Shown here one piece after another: positions 18,054-27,017 of a stretch of 64,000 nucleotides of DNA (position 1 is the first letter of the stretch; each line of letters opens with the position of its first letter). The notes under the pieces were generated by a model. It did not search any database, had not been told where the DNA came from, and saw only the letters and a program-made list of their open reading frames with translations. The translations under genes and the position numbers were made by a program. Source of the stretch: Promethearchaeota archaeon (lineage in GTDB: Archaea > Asgardarchaeota > Lokiarchaeia > Sigyniarchaeales > SOKP01); the NCBI GenBank assembly GCA_008080735.1, contig SHMW01000005.1, positions 1 through 64,000 on the forward strand, given 5' to 3'.

Positions 18054-18435
18054 AGAAAAATATAATTCAATAACCAAAAAAGTAGATGATTGTCCAGATT
18101 ATGTGATTGACTGTTTAATAGGAAAAAATATATTAAAAAAGAAAGCCACGTTAGATACTAAGAATTTAACTGCCAATATATCTTTTAAAAGCAATTATAC
18201 AACAAAAAATCCAGTTTTCAGTCCAACAACAAGATGGGGCCACGGAGGTAAATTTATTCATATGTTTGGCATTTCACTATATTATAATGAGTCTGAAGAT
18301 GGCAAATCTTATAACTACATAGCTAAGATTAATAATGATTGTATAAGCAAAAGTCCAAATCCATTGTCGGCATCCATGAGAGCTATACTTAAATATATCG
18401 GCATAAATAATATTACATATCAAGTAGAAAAATGA
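18037..18435 (+). CDS. phage protein, DUF2591-like
   Basis: FSPTTRWGHGG..I...ISL and PLSASMRA pattern. Confidence 0.5.
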   Translation: MSDTDKEKYNSITKKVDDCPDYVIDCLIGKNILKKKATLDTKNLTANISFKSNYTTKNPVFSPTTRWGHGGKFIHMFGISLYYNESEDGKSYNYIAKINNDCISKSPNPLSASMRAILKYIGINNITYQVEK

Positions 18436-18848
18436 TTACTGTATTTTTAGGAATACACGGCGTTTGCTGTTACGATGGTAAAACTATTGATAAAAATATT
18501 ATTAATAGAATTGTGAAAATTGCTAATTGTACCAATCTGGCAATAATTTCTTATGACAGAATTTTTGATAGAAGTAGAAAACACATTGTAAAGCAAATCA
18601 AGTCTTGTTTAAAAGATGTCTCGATAGATTTTTTACGAGAAAGTAATGCGGGATTTGGATCTGATTCTATTGCGGATATAATTGAAGAATATGTCAAAGA
18701 ATACGAACCAGATAAATGGTGTGTAATAGATTCTTATGACAATGATTTTAGACAACTTAAAAGGTTTGAAAATAAATTCGTTCTATTTAATTCAGAAAAT
18801 TTTACCAAAACAATTGAAAAGAAAATAAAATATGCTATTAACAACTGA
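18432..18848 (+). CDS. HAD-like domain (RNA-repair-associated type), degenerate
   Basis: VFLGIHGV where FLDIDGV is expected; AIISY; WCVIDS. Confidence 0.5.
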   Translation: MITVFLGIHGVCCYDGKTIDKNIINRIVKIANCTNLAIISYDRIFDRSRKHIVKQIKSCLKDVSIDFLRESNAGFGSDSIADIIEEYVKEYEPDKWCVIDSYDNDFRQLKRFENKFVLFNSENFTKTIEKKIKYAINN

Positions 18849-19632
18849 TCAAATAGATGGCCATATAAAGTCTTGTGTTAAGTATGAGAGTCCAAGAAAT
18901 ATACAAACTTTTGTTAAAGCTTTTAACAAATCGAACACATCAATACATAGGTTGATAGGTGGTGATCATATCGAGATTAAATTTGGCGAATTAATGACAG
19001 ATGATATAACGCAAAAACTTAAAAATATGATCGTAAGTAATGCTATTGGTGAATTTGGCGATGACAAAGGGTTAAAAGAATACTTTGACGTATTTAATGA
19101 TCAGCGGCCAGAGAAAATAAATAGACTTTCTGATCAATTAAATTTACTTAATTTAAAACGTCTTTTGTACTCTATCAAACCTACTTATGCACAAGATAAT
19201 ATTAACATTGGGTGTAGACTAAGTGATTTCTTAAGATTGGGCCAGTATGCAGTCGATAGAAATAGCTGTTTCCGCGAAAATAATTGTTATTGGTCTGCTA
19301 AATGGCGATTGGCAACTACTCCAGGTTCATTTGTGGCATATTGGTCTACACATAATACAATTAAATCCAGATGTTTTGGCGTGTTGTTTAACAATAGAAA
19401 CAACTGTTTTATAACTAATGTTTACCCACCACATTATTATCGTGTTATGCAAAATATTATTATTAGATATATGATATCTAAAGGTTGTAATTTTAGTCTA
19501 ATACAAAAACGTCGTATGGCAATGGGCACCCGTATTTATATTAATGATGATGGTATAATCTTGGCCAAAAGAAATTTAAACAAGAGAATAAATAGAAATC
19601 ACATTCCAAAATATCAACTTAAGTTAAGTTAA
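18832..19632 (+). CDS. SCFR-motif family protein, paralog 4
   Basis: DFLRLGQYAVDRNSCFR...GSFV...RCFG...NVY. Confidence 0.7.
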   Translation: MLLTTDQIDGHIKSCVKYESPRNIQTFVKAFNKSNTSIHRLIGGDHIEIKFGELMTDDITQKLKNMIVSNAIGEFGDDKGLKEYFDVFNDQRPEKINRLSDQLNLLNLKRLLYSIKPTYAQDNINIGCRLSDFLRLGQYAVDRNSCFRENNCYWSAKWRLATTPGSFVAYWSTHNTIKSRCFGVLFNNRNNCFITNVYPPHYYRVMQNIIIRYMISKGCNFSLIQKRRMAMGTRIYINDDGIILAKRNLNKRINRNHIPKYQLKLS

Positions 19633-19646
19633 CGTAGAGTTTGAAT

Positions 19647-20501
19647 ATGAGTAATTATATAATGAATCCATATGACAATATGTTGAAAAACATATTAGAC
19701 AATGGTCAATATAGAGATAATAGAACCGGTATGCCAACATTATCTATATTTGGGGTTCAAAGTAGATTCAATATACGGGATCGTTTTCCTATATTAACTG
19801 CTAGAAAAATGTATCCAAAATCAGTTTTTGCAGAACTGTTGTGGATTATATCTGGAAGCACTAATAATAATGACTTGGAACGTTTTGGTTGTAAGTTTTG
19901 GCGTCCGTGGGTTGATAATGCTTTTGAAAAAAAGCATGGATACAAATCTGGCGATTTTGGTCCTATATATGGATATCAATTAAGAAATTTTGGTGGAGAT
20001 TATTATAAACTACGCGATCCAAATGGATTTGATCAGTTAAAATATGTAATTGATGAAATCAAATCTAATCCATTGTCAAGAAGAATACTTATTAATTTAT
20101 GGAATCCGAAAGATTTAGATATTCAAAGGTTGCCATGCTGCCATTATAGTTTCCAGATATACATATATGAAGATACAATAAGTGGCATGTTAACACAAAG
20201 ATCGGCTGATGTTCCAATAGGATCGCCAGCCAATATACAGTTTTATTCAGCATTATTATATATGATTGGGCAACAAACTGGTTACACACCTTTAGAACTA
20301 ATCTATTCTATAGGAGACGCACACATATATACCAATCAAATAGAAAGGGTAAAAGAATATTTATGTAAAACAAAAAATTGTCCAGATTCTCCGATAATGA
20401 AATTAAATAAAGCAAAAGACATATATTCATATAATATGGAAGATTTTATTATTGAAGATTATTATCCATTAGAAACAATTAAAATACCAGTTATGGTTTA
20501 A
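19647..20501 (+). CDS. thyA: thymidylate synthase
   Basis: RTG, ELLW, GPIYG, SRR, LPCCH, QRSAD, GDAHIY. Confidence 0.95.
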   Translation: MSNYIMNPYDNMLKNILDNGQYRDNRTGMPTLSIFGVQSRFNIRDRFPILTARKMYPKSVFAELLWIISGSTNNNDLERFGCKFWRPWVDNAFEKKHGYKSGDFGPIYGYQLRNFGGDYYKLRDPNGFDQLKYVIDEIKSNPLSRRILINLWNPKDLDIQRLPCCHYSFQIYIYEDTISGMLTQRSADVPIGSPANIQFYSALLYMIGQQTGYTPLELIYSIGDAHIYTNQIERVKEYLCKTKNCPDSPIMKLNKAKDIYSYNMEDFIIEDYYPLETIKIPVMV

Positions 20502-20512
20502 GGTGTTAGAAT

Positions 20513-20932
20513 ATGTACGATGTTTATATAGAATACGAAGAGCAAAAGTTGTCTGAATTAACAGCGTCGTTTCAAAATGAGCTTGATGAAAACATAATAG
20601 AAGCTGACGAAGATGTTCAAATGCCTGATATTACAATGTTTCATCCACATTTTGCTTATACAGAACCAATTGAAAATTTAGAATTATACCATTCTACAGT
20701 GGAATTTGATCCGAGACAATGTTCCATGGTGCATTTGGTGGTTGTAAGGTACAGAGAGAACATTATCTCCGACCAAATGGGGCGATGGTATATTCACGAT
20801 ATTCTTCCGACAAGACGGGAAGCATACAAAGAACTTCTTAACTTTAAAGAATATTGCAACAAAGATATAAATGAGGATGATGGAGTGACAGAAATAGAAA
20901 GCGTGTATATACATTCTATCCCAATTGAGTAA
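20513..20932 (+). CDS. acidic hypothetical protein
   Basis: ORF. Confidence 0.6.
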   Translation: MYDVYIEYEEQKLSELTASFQNELDENIIEADEDVQMPDITMFHPHFAYTEPIENLELYHSTVEFDPRQCSMVHLVVVRYRENIISDQMGRWYIHDILPTRREAYKELLNFKEYCNKDINEDDGVTEIESVYIHSIPIE

Positions 20933-20937
20933 AATTT

Positions 20938-21909
20938 ATGGATATTGACCTAACAAATGCAACTACAGAAGATATTAGTCAAAATATACTTAGACCACAA
21001 TCTTTTAATGATTACATAGGTCAATCTGAATTAGTTGATAAGCTAAAGATAGCTATAAAAGCTTCAAGAGAACGTGGTGATGCTCTTGACCACATTTTAC
21101 TTACAGGTCCACCTGGACTTGGCAAAAGTTCTTTAGCTAAAGTTATATCTAAAGAATGTGGTACAAACTATAGAGAAGTGGCTGCACCAAGCATTAGAAG
21201 TACAGCAGATGTGATCGGTATATTGAAACAAGTTGAAGACTGTGGTGTCTTATTTTTAGATGAATGTCATGGTCTGAATATACGTGTTGAAGAAACTCTA
21301 TACACTGCTATGGAAGATTTTGCAATAAGTGTAAAAATTAATAACAATTCAATTGTTAACATCCCTGTTAGTAATTTTTGTTTAATAGGTGCTACAACTT
21401 CTCCCGGTAAAATGTCAGGACCATTTCGCGACAGGTTTGGAATACAACATACTATGCAGTTTTATATAGTAGAAGAATTGTCACACATTGTAAAAGCTAA
21501 CATGATCAAGCTTAATTTGAATTACGATGAATCTGTTGTAAATGATATAGCAAAAAGATCTAGAGGAACGCCCAGAATAGTTAATAGATTGCTTAGACGT
21601 ATTCGCGATTACGCACAGCTTAATAATAACAACTATGTTGATAAAAATATTGTTAACAAAGCGTTGGATTTAGAAGGTGTTGATAAAGATGGTTTGACTA
21701 AAATCGACAAGAGGTACATTGAAAAAATATGGAATGTATTTGCTGGCGGACCCGCTGGTATTAACGCGATAGCGTCATCTTGCGGAGATGATAAAACTAC
21801 ACTAGAAGAATCAGTTGAGCCATATTTAGTTAGAATAGGACTTATTAGTCGTACTAGTAAAGGAAGAATGTTAACAAACCAAGGTGTTAAACTAGCAATG
21901 AGATTGTAA
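20938..21909 (+). CDS. ruvB: Holliday junction branch migration helicase RuvB
   Basis: LRPQSF..YIGQ, GPPGLGKS, LFLDE, GATT, RGTPR, EPYL..G. Confidence 0.93.
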   Translation: MDIDLTNATTEDISQNILRPQSFNDYIGQSELVDKLKIAIKASRERGDALDHILLTGPPGLGKSSLAKVISKECGTNYREVAAPSIRSTADVIGILKQVEDCGVLFLDECHGLNIRVEETLYTAMEDFAISVKINNNSIVNIPVSNFCLIGATTSPGKMSGPFRDRFGIQHTMQFYIVEELSHIVKANMIKLNLNYDESVVNDIAKRSRGTPRIVNRLLRRIRDYAQLNNNNYVDKNIVNKALDLEGVDKDGLTKIDKRYIEKIWNVFAGGPAGINAIASSCGDDKTTLEESVEPYLVRIGLISRTSKGRMLTNQGVKLAMRL

Positions 21910-21910
21910 A

Positions 21911-22474
21911 ATGTTGTATATTGAAAAGGTAAAATACAGAAATAAAATTAAATATATTGGTTTTATATCTAATTTAGTTGGCTTAGAATATTTGATTGGG
22001 TCGGTTCCAAACCGTTGTTTAGATAATTTGCACCGACTAGGGCGACATACTGTGTCAGGCAGGATACGAAATTTTTTGTTGCCACTTAATTCTACATTAA
22101 AGCTTAAAGACTGTGTATTTGACAATAAAAACGATTTGTTAACAAATGTTAACACAATGAAAAAATACTTATCAAATAATTCAATTGTCTCTTCTGGATT
22201 AAATCATAATTATAGAAGGCTAACTATTAATGTGCATTGTCACATAATAAGGCATTATTCTGGTTCTAATGATAAAGTGTTATATAGCACACGTGTCAAG
22301 GTGTTAAACAGAAATTTGGGTCATAACAATATGGTAATTACAACTTATAAATCACCAAAATACGAACATTACAGATCTACAATAGCTAGAATAAGAAAGA
22401 GATATCCTTATGTTAAGATACGGTTGGAAATATATAGACACGGCCAATTACGACCAGAAGTAAGGATTGTATAA
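21911..22474 (+). CDS. hypothetical basic protein, tandem paralog A
   Basis: MLYIEKVKYRNKIKYIGFIS shared with the next gene. Confidence 0.65.
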   Translation: MLYIEKVKYRNKIKYIGFISNLVGLEYLIGSVPNRCLDNLHRLGRHTVSGRIRNFLLPLNSTLKLKDCVFDNKNDLLTNVNTMKKYLSNNSIVSSGLNHNYRRLTINVHCHIIRHYSGSNDKVLYSTRVKVLNRNLGHNNMVITTYKSPKYEHYRSTIARIRKRYPYVKIRLEIYRHGQLRPEVRIV

Positions 22475-22475
22475 C

Positions 22476-22997
22476 ATGCTGTATATTGAGAAAATAAAAT
22501 ATAGAAACAAAATTAAATATATTGGTTTTATATCGAGATCATACCTTGGTAAAGCAGAATCCATATGGGCAGCAGTCTCAAACTATAATAATCTTAGCCA
22601 ATTTGGTGTTGTGCCATGTGATTATAAATTAAGGTTTAAAGATTGTGTGTTTGACAATAGAAACGATTTATTGACAAAAGTCTCTGCAATTAAAACAGTT
22701 TTATCAAAATATGAAATTAATAGATATGAACTAGACGACAATTATAAAAGATTGTGTGTCAAAGTGAAGTGTCGCAGCATTATTCGTAATGGTCAAATTT
22801 ATCACTATACAACAGCCAAAATTTTAGATAAATATATTAATATAGCTAATAAAATGGTGTATAATTATATTCCATCGCAAAATAAACATTATAGATCTGT
22901 CATATCCAAAATTAGAAAGAGATATCCATATATAAAAATAATTTTAACACAATATAACCCAGGACAATTGGTGCCAATAACACGGAATATAAAATGA
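22476..22997 (+). CDS. hypothetical basic protein, tandem paralog B
   Basis: MLYIEKIKYRNKIKYIGFIS; KDCVFDN; IRKRYPY. Confidence 0.65.
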   Translation: MLYIEKIKYRNKIKYIGFISRSYLGKAESIWAAVSNYNNLSQFGVVPCDYKLRFKDCVFDNRNDLLTKVSAIKTVLSKYEINRYELDDNYKRLCVKVKCRSIIRNGQIYHYTTAKILDKYINIANKMVYNYIPSQNKHYRSVISKIRKRYPYIKIILTQYNPGQLVPITRNIK

Positions 22998-23260
22998 AAA
23001 TAATAGATAACCTAATAAGAACTCTACATCGTGCAAAAATAATACACGAACGTTTGTTAAAAAACAAAGATAAATATGATCAAGAAATTTTTTATAAACT
23101 AGATAAAAGACTTGAAGAAATCATAAAGAATTATAATATTGTTATAAGAAAGTATGATATTGATGAAGCAAAATTTTTACAAGAACTTCCTGAATATGAA
23201 AATATGATATCTAATTCGTTAAAAGAACTGGTTTATATTAAAAATACATATAAAATATGA
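22994..23260 (+). CDS. hypothetical helical protein
   Basis: ORF with ATGA overlap. Confidence 0.55.
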   Translation: MKIIDNLIRTLHRAKIIHERLLKNKDKYDQEIFYKLDKRLEEIIKNYNIVIRKYDIDEAKFLQELPEYENMISNSLKELVYIKNTYKI

Positions 23261-23778
23261 ATATTTTTGTGCTGGATCATGATATTGAAAAGTCTGTAGC
23301 GTATCATAACAATTGGCATGTATGTAAAATGCCTACAGAAGCGTTTCAGATCTTGATTACATCTATATGTAGCATTTGTCCAGAAGAAATAACGCCTCTA
23401 AACAAGACGGGAAACAACTATAAACCTGTTAAAAATAAGAATCATGGCTCATGTGTCTGGGCTAGAACATGCCGTGAGAACTTTCAATATACGTTAAATT
23501 ATTTCGAGTTACTGTGTCAAGAATACAACTATAGATATGGTAAAGAAAATTTTACATACAGGTATTTAGATTGGGTCTATCAATATATTAACAGATTTGA
23601 CCCACAAGGTAGACTAACTAAGTTTTATTTAGCTATGCCAGATCAATATAAGTTATCTGATACAGTTTTGTCGTACAGACAATATTATTTAAAAGAGAAG
23701 ATGTCTGATAAAAACGGTGTGCCAGCTAAATGGACAAAGCGTTCAATTCCGTTCTGGACGCATCACAATCGCGTCTAA
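23257..23778 (+). CDS. pyrimidine-dimer DNA glycosylase (DenV/endonuclease V family)
   Basis: MNIFVLD, HVCKMPTEAFQIL, EY..RYGK, AMP, YR.YY, W.KR..P.W. Confidence 0.8.
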   Translation: MNIFVLDHDIEKSVAYHNNWHVCKMPTEAFQILITSICSICPEEITPLNKTGNNYKPVKNKNHGSCVWARTCRENFQYTLNYFELLCQEYNYRYGKENFTYRYLDWVYQYINRFDPQGRLTKFYLAMPDQYKLSDTVLSYRQYYLKEKMSDKNGVPAKWTKRSIPFWTHHNRV

Positions 23779-23830
23779 AGCCATTCTTGGCAAGCCAGAA
23801 CAGACACGAACCTCGGTTAACGGTTAACAG

Positions 23831-24076
23831 ATGGAGAACAATATGACCATCCGACCAGACGAACGATTAGACCTGAGCGATTATCCACTGGATCGTCGTC
23901 GGTGCTGTATGAACTGCCGACACTGGAGAGGCGTCGCCCATGAGGATAATGCGAATTGCGACTGTCCCGTACCCCAATGGGTAGACAATCAATTGAGCTG
24001 GGAGGACCTCGACGCTGATAGATGCATTAGCGGTGACCAGGACGTGGATTGCCCGTGCTGGGAGGCTGGATTATGA
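23831..24076 (+). CDS. Cys-rich small protein in GC-rich island
   Basis: CCMNCRHW...CDCP...C...CPCW. Confidence 0.55.
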   Translation: MENNMTIRPDERLDLSDYPLDRRRCCMNCRHWRGVAHEDNANCDCPVPQWVDNQLSWEDLDADRCISGDQDVDCPCWEAGL

Positions 24077-24526
24077 ACGTAGGCGAAGTCATGCAGAGAA
24101 CGTGCTCTGGCTGCCACAAGAGCGAGTTTGTGGTGGTGGTTCATGCCGTTCAATGGGGCTGAGTTCACTCACGACTTCATGGCCGACATCACAAGCTTCA
24201 TGGAGCAGTTGCCGCATCGAACCATTGACCAAATGGTTAACAGAGGCACGCCAACAAGTGCGTAATGCCAATTACGAATGTAAAAATTTTATACTATTGG
24301 AAATCAAGGAAATAATTAATATATTTATAAATACGTATAATAGCAGTATTTATATGATTTTGTCTAGTGAAACAAAAATATTTAAGTAAACTTTTTTTAA
24401 GAAAATCAGAAAAAGTACTTAAGGGGTAAAATCGTTTGTACGATATAAGTAAAAAGTAAGTTAATAATAAGTGAAAGGTTTTACTCGTGTTAACAACGTT
24501 TACACGTTGTAACACTCGTAGGTTTT

Positions 24527-24556
24527 AGACCAAACATAATAAATGTTTGGTCTTTT
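24527..24556 (+). terminator. hairpin, putative terminator
   Basis: agaccaaacat-aataa-atgtttggtct followed by ttt. Confidence 0.6.
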
Positions 24557-24599
24557 GTCTATAGTAAGTCAATAATAAGTGAGTATTAAGTGACAGTAG

Positions 24600-24899
24600 A
24601 TGAAATGTAACAAATGTAATAGAAAAATTCGTAATGGTGAAAAAATATTATTCAAAACTGTTAGTAGAATATATGATGGTGATATATTAATTAATGATGA
24701 ATTTTTTAATAATTCTGAAATTTGCCATATTGGATGTGTAGAAAAACCTATTGACACAAAACCAAATAATTTGATAGAAAATTTGTATAATCAATTAAGA
24801 AGGCTTGGTGTAAAGACCACACAAGCGGAAGTAAGAAATTTTATTATTAAATCTGGCGAGAGAGAAATAGACAAATTGATTGTACGATGGTTTGAGTAA
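24600..24899 (+). CDS. Zn-finger hypothetical protein
   Basis: CNKC...CHIGC. Confidence 0.6.
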   Translation: MKCNKCNRKIRNGEKILFKTVSRIYDGDILINDEFFNNSEICHIGCVEKPIDTKPNNLIENLYNQLRRLGVKTTQAEVRNFIIKSGEREIDKLIVRWFE

Positions 24900-24917
24900 T
24901 ATAAGTCTAAGCGAGAT

Positions 24918-25619
24918 ATGAACAAAATTCACAGTAGTATTTCAAAAGTTTGCGATATCCATGTTCTTGACTTTGTTAAAAAGCCAGAAGATATTGTTGC
25001 TATATCAAACGAACATAACTTTCGTAGTATTGTAACTGTTCCTGGCTATATTCATAGATTTAAGAAATCGTTATTATCAATCCCTATTTTGGGAACAAAA
25101 CCCAATCTAACACCAATTATTAATTATCCACTGGGTTGTGAATCTTCAAAGTCTAGAATATACTCTATTATAGATGCTAAAGAAAATAATCTTAAAGAAG
25201 TTGAAATAATAGCACCGTATCATCATATCTTTGCTAAAGATTTCAGAGCTATAGATGAAGATTTGACAGATATTGTAAAGACATGCGAAAAAGTTGGCAT
25301 ATCTTTTAAATATATATTAGATTTATATATACCACTTGATGTCAAAACACGCAATAGAGTGCTTAGGATTATATCGACACACGACATACCTATTATTTCC
25401 TTTGGATCTGGCTATAATATGGATTATGATATATCTTCTTCTGATATAGTTCTAAATGTAATGAAGATGAAGGATAAAATTAATTCTAAGGTTAAAGTGG
25501 TTTTGCGTAACACTGATAATATTGTCGATGAAATGAACGTATTAATGAAATGTGGTGTAGATATAATAGGTGTTAATTGGAACTACTCTACAAAACTTAT
25601 AAATAACAATAAAAATTAA
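24918..25619 (+). CDS. deoxyribose-phosphate aldolase (DeoC)-like TIM barrel, apparently catalytically degenerate
   Basis: INYPLG, KEVEII, KYIL, GVDIIG patterns; ISFGSGY replaces FVKTSTG (no Schiff-base Lys). Confidence 0.6.
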   Translation: MNKIHSSISKVCDIHVLDFVKKPEDIVAISNEHNFRSIVTVPGYIHRFKKSLLSIPILGTKPNLTPIINYPLGCESSKSRIYSIIDAKENNLKEVEIIAPYHHIFAKDFRAIDEDLTDIVKTCEKVGISFKYILDLYIPLDVKTRNRVLRIISTHDIPIISFGSGYNMDYDISSSDIVLNVMKMKDKINSKVKVVLRNTDNIVDEMNVLMKCGVDIIGVNWNYSTKLINNNKN

Positions 25620-25631
25620 TGGGGTTGAGTC

Positions 25632-26051
25632 ATGCCGGGCGATGATAGTTTACGTACAATTTTGAATTATATTAAAGATAATCAGGATAATTTGTCTAAT
25701 AGAATGGATAGATTTTCTGATAAAATCAATGGAGAAATCTCTGATATTAAAAAAGAAATTTCTCAACTTAATTCAACCATAGCTTGTACATATAGCGAAT
25801 TTACCCAGCATATTAAGAATTTAAAAGAAGAATCTGACGAATTCAAAAGTAAAGTGGCAGATTTTGATAACTGGAAAAATGGCAGCGATTCAAATACTGG
25901 TATTAATACCCGTATGACTATAATCGAAAACAAACAGAAAAATCTGACACAATCTATTAGCAAGTGGGGTACACTCATTGTCACAAGTGTTACTGGCCTT
26001 TTAATGACAATCGTTGGTTATTTAGCCACACAGATATTTGATTTATTTTAA
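25632..26051 (+). CDS. coiled-coil protein with C-terminal TM helix (XhlA/holin-like architecture)
   Basis: Heptad-rich N-terminus and hydrophobic C-terminus. Confidence 0.5.
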   Translation: MPGDDSLRTILNYIKDNQDNLSNRMDRFSDKINGEISDIKKEISQLNSTIACTYSEFTQHIKNLKEESDEFKSKVADFDNWKNGSDSNTGINTRMTIIENKQKNLTQSISKWGTLIVTSVTGLLMTIVGYLATQIFDLF

Positions 26052-26215
26052 ATAGCTCAGCAGTTAGTTATGTCTTTTTAACCATAAAATTGATAATAAA
26101 CCGCCCGGTTTTATCAGTTTTGATAAGAAAACTTATTAGTAGATATGAAATTTATATTGATAATTTCCAGATTTTTTGTATAAACTATTAGAAAGTTTAA
26201 ATTCTGGAGATTATT

Positions 26216-26599
26216 ATGGCTACTACAGGTACTGACACACTAACCAGCATGGTAAATAGTTTCGATGTTGGACTTGGTAGTCCACAGTTAGATTACTCTA
26301 ATGCTGCTAGTGGTACTACAACTATAAATGTTCTAAGTGCTAAAAATTCTAACTATCTGTCTATCGAAGATGTTAATGTTGGCCAAGCTGTTCCAAGGCC
26401 AGATGTTAATTGGCACAAGACAGATAACACAAAAAGCGATCCATCTGGATATAATGCGGATGGAACCCCAGAATGGGGCGATGGTGCAATTGCTCGTTCT
26501 ACCACTTGGACTACCGACGACGAAGCTTCTGGCACTCCAGAGCTAGCGTATGCACAAGGTAGTGGTGTAACCGGTAGAGATTACAGCGATCTAACGTAA
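26216..26599 (+). CDS. acidic Thr/Gly/Ser-rich protein, possible virion component
   Basis: GGAG RBS, stand-alone unit flanked by hairpins, composition. Confidence 0.55.
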   Translation: MATTGTDTLTSMVNSFDVGLGSPQLDYSNAASGTTTINVLSAKNSNYLSIEDVNVGQAVPRPDVNWHKTDNTKSDPSGYNADGTPEWGDGAIARSTTWTTDDEASGTPELAYAQGSGVTGRDYSDLT

Positions 26600-26620
26600 T
26601 TCTAAAATTTTGACAAAAAA

Positions 26621-26664
26621 AAAGATAAACGTACCACCTTAAAAATAAGGTGGCGTTTATCTTT
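26621..26664. terminator. long hairpin, possibly bidirectional terminator
   Basis: aaagataaacg(ta)ccacctta-aaaa-taaggtggcgtttatcttt preceded by an A run. Confidence 0.65.
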
Positions 26665-26699
26665 AGACAGCGTTTTTATATATTTTATTCATTTTATAC

Positions 26700-26735
26700 G
26701 AGGTGGTCCAATTGGGCCACCTCTTTTTTTTTTTT
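26700..26735 (+). terminator. Rho-independent terminator
   Basis: gaggtggtcc-aatt-gggccacctc followed by T12. Confidence 0.85.
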
Positions 26736-26747
26736 AGGTGTATAATC

Positions 26748-27017
26748 ATGAAAATTGTAGATTATCAAGATGGTATAAGACACAAGAGAGTAATATGGTG
26801 TGGCTATTTACAGAAAAGGCCAAGTTTTGACACTATTATATTACAACAGTTTAATAGTCATATTGACAAACATATAGATCATACATTGTTATCCGTAGTT
26901 AAGAATGAGGTTTATAAAGAAAAGTTTCTTCGAGATAAGGATCTTTGTTTTCCAATAAAGATGGTATGGTTTAACACTAAATCGAACAGGAAAGAAAATG
27001 CCAGTATTATTAGATGA
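26748..27017 (+). CDS. hypothetical protein
   Basis: ATG after AGGTG. Confidence 0.5.
   Translation: MKIVDYQDGIRHKRVIWCGYLQKRPSFDTIILQQFNSHIDKHIDHTLLSVVKNEVYKEKFLRDKDLCFPIKMVWFNTKSNRKENASIIR

Noticed and set aside
24033-24389. 118-aa ORF spanning the GC island boundary
   Set aside because: It crosses from GC-rich into AT-rich sequence and overlaps a better-started frame; likely spurious.
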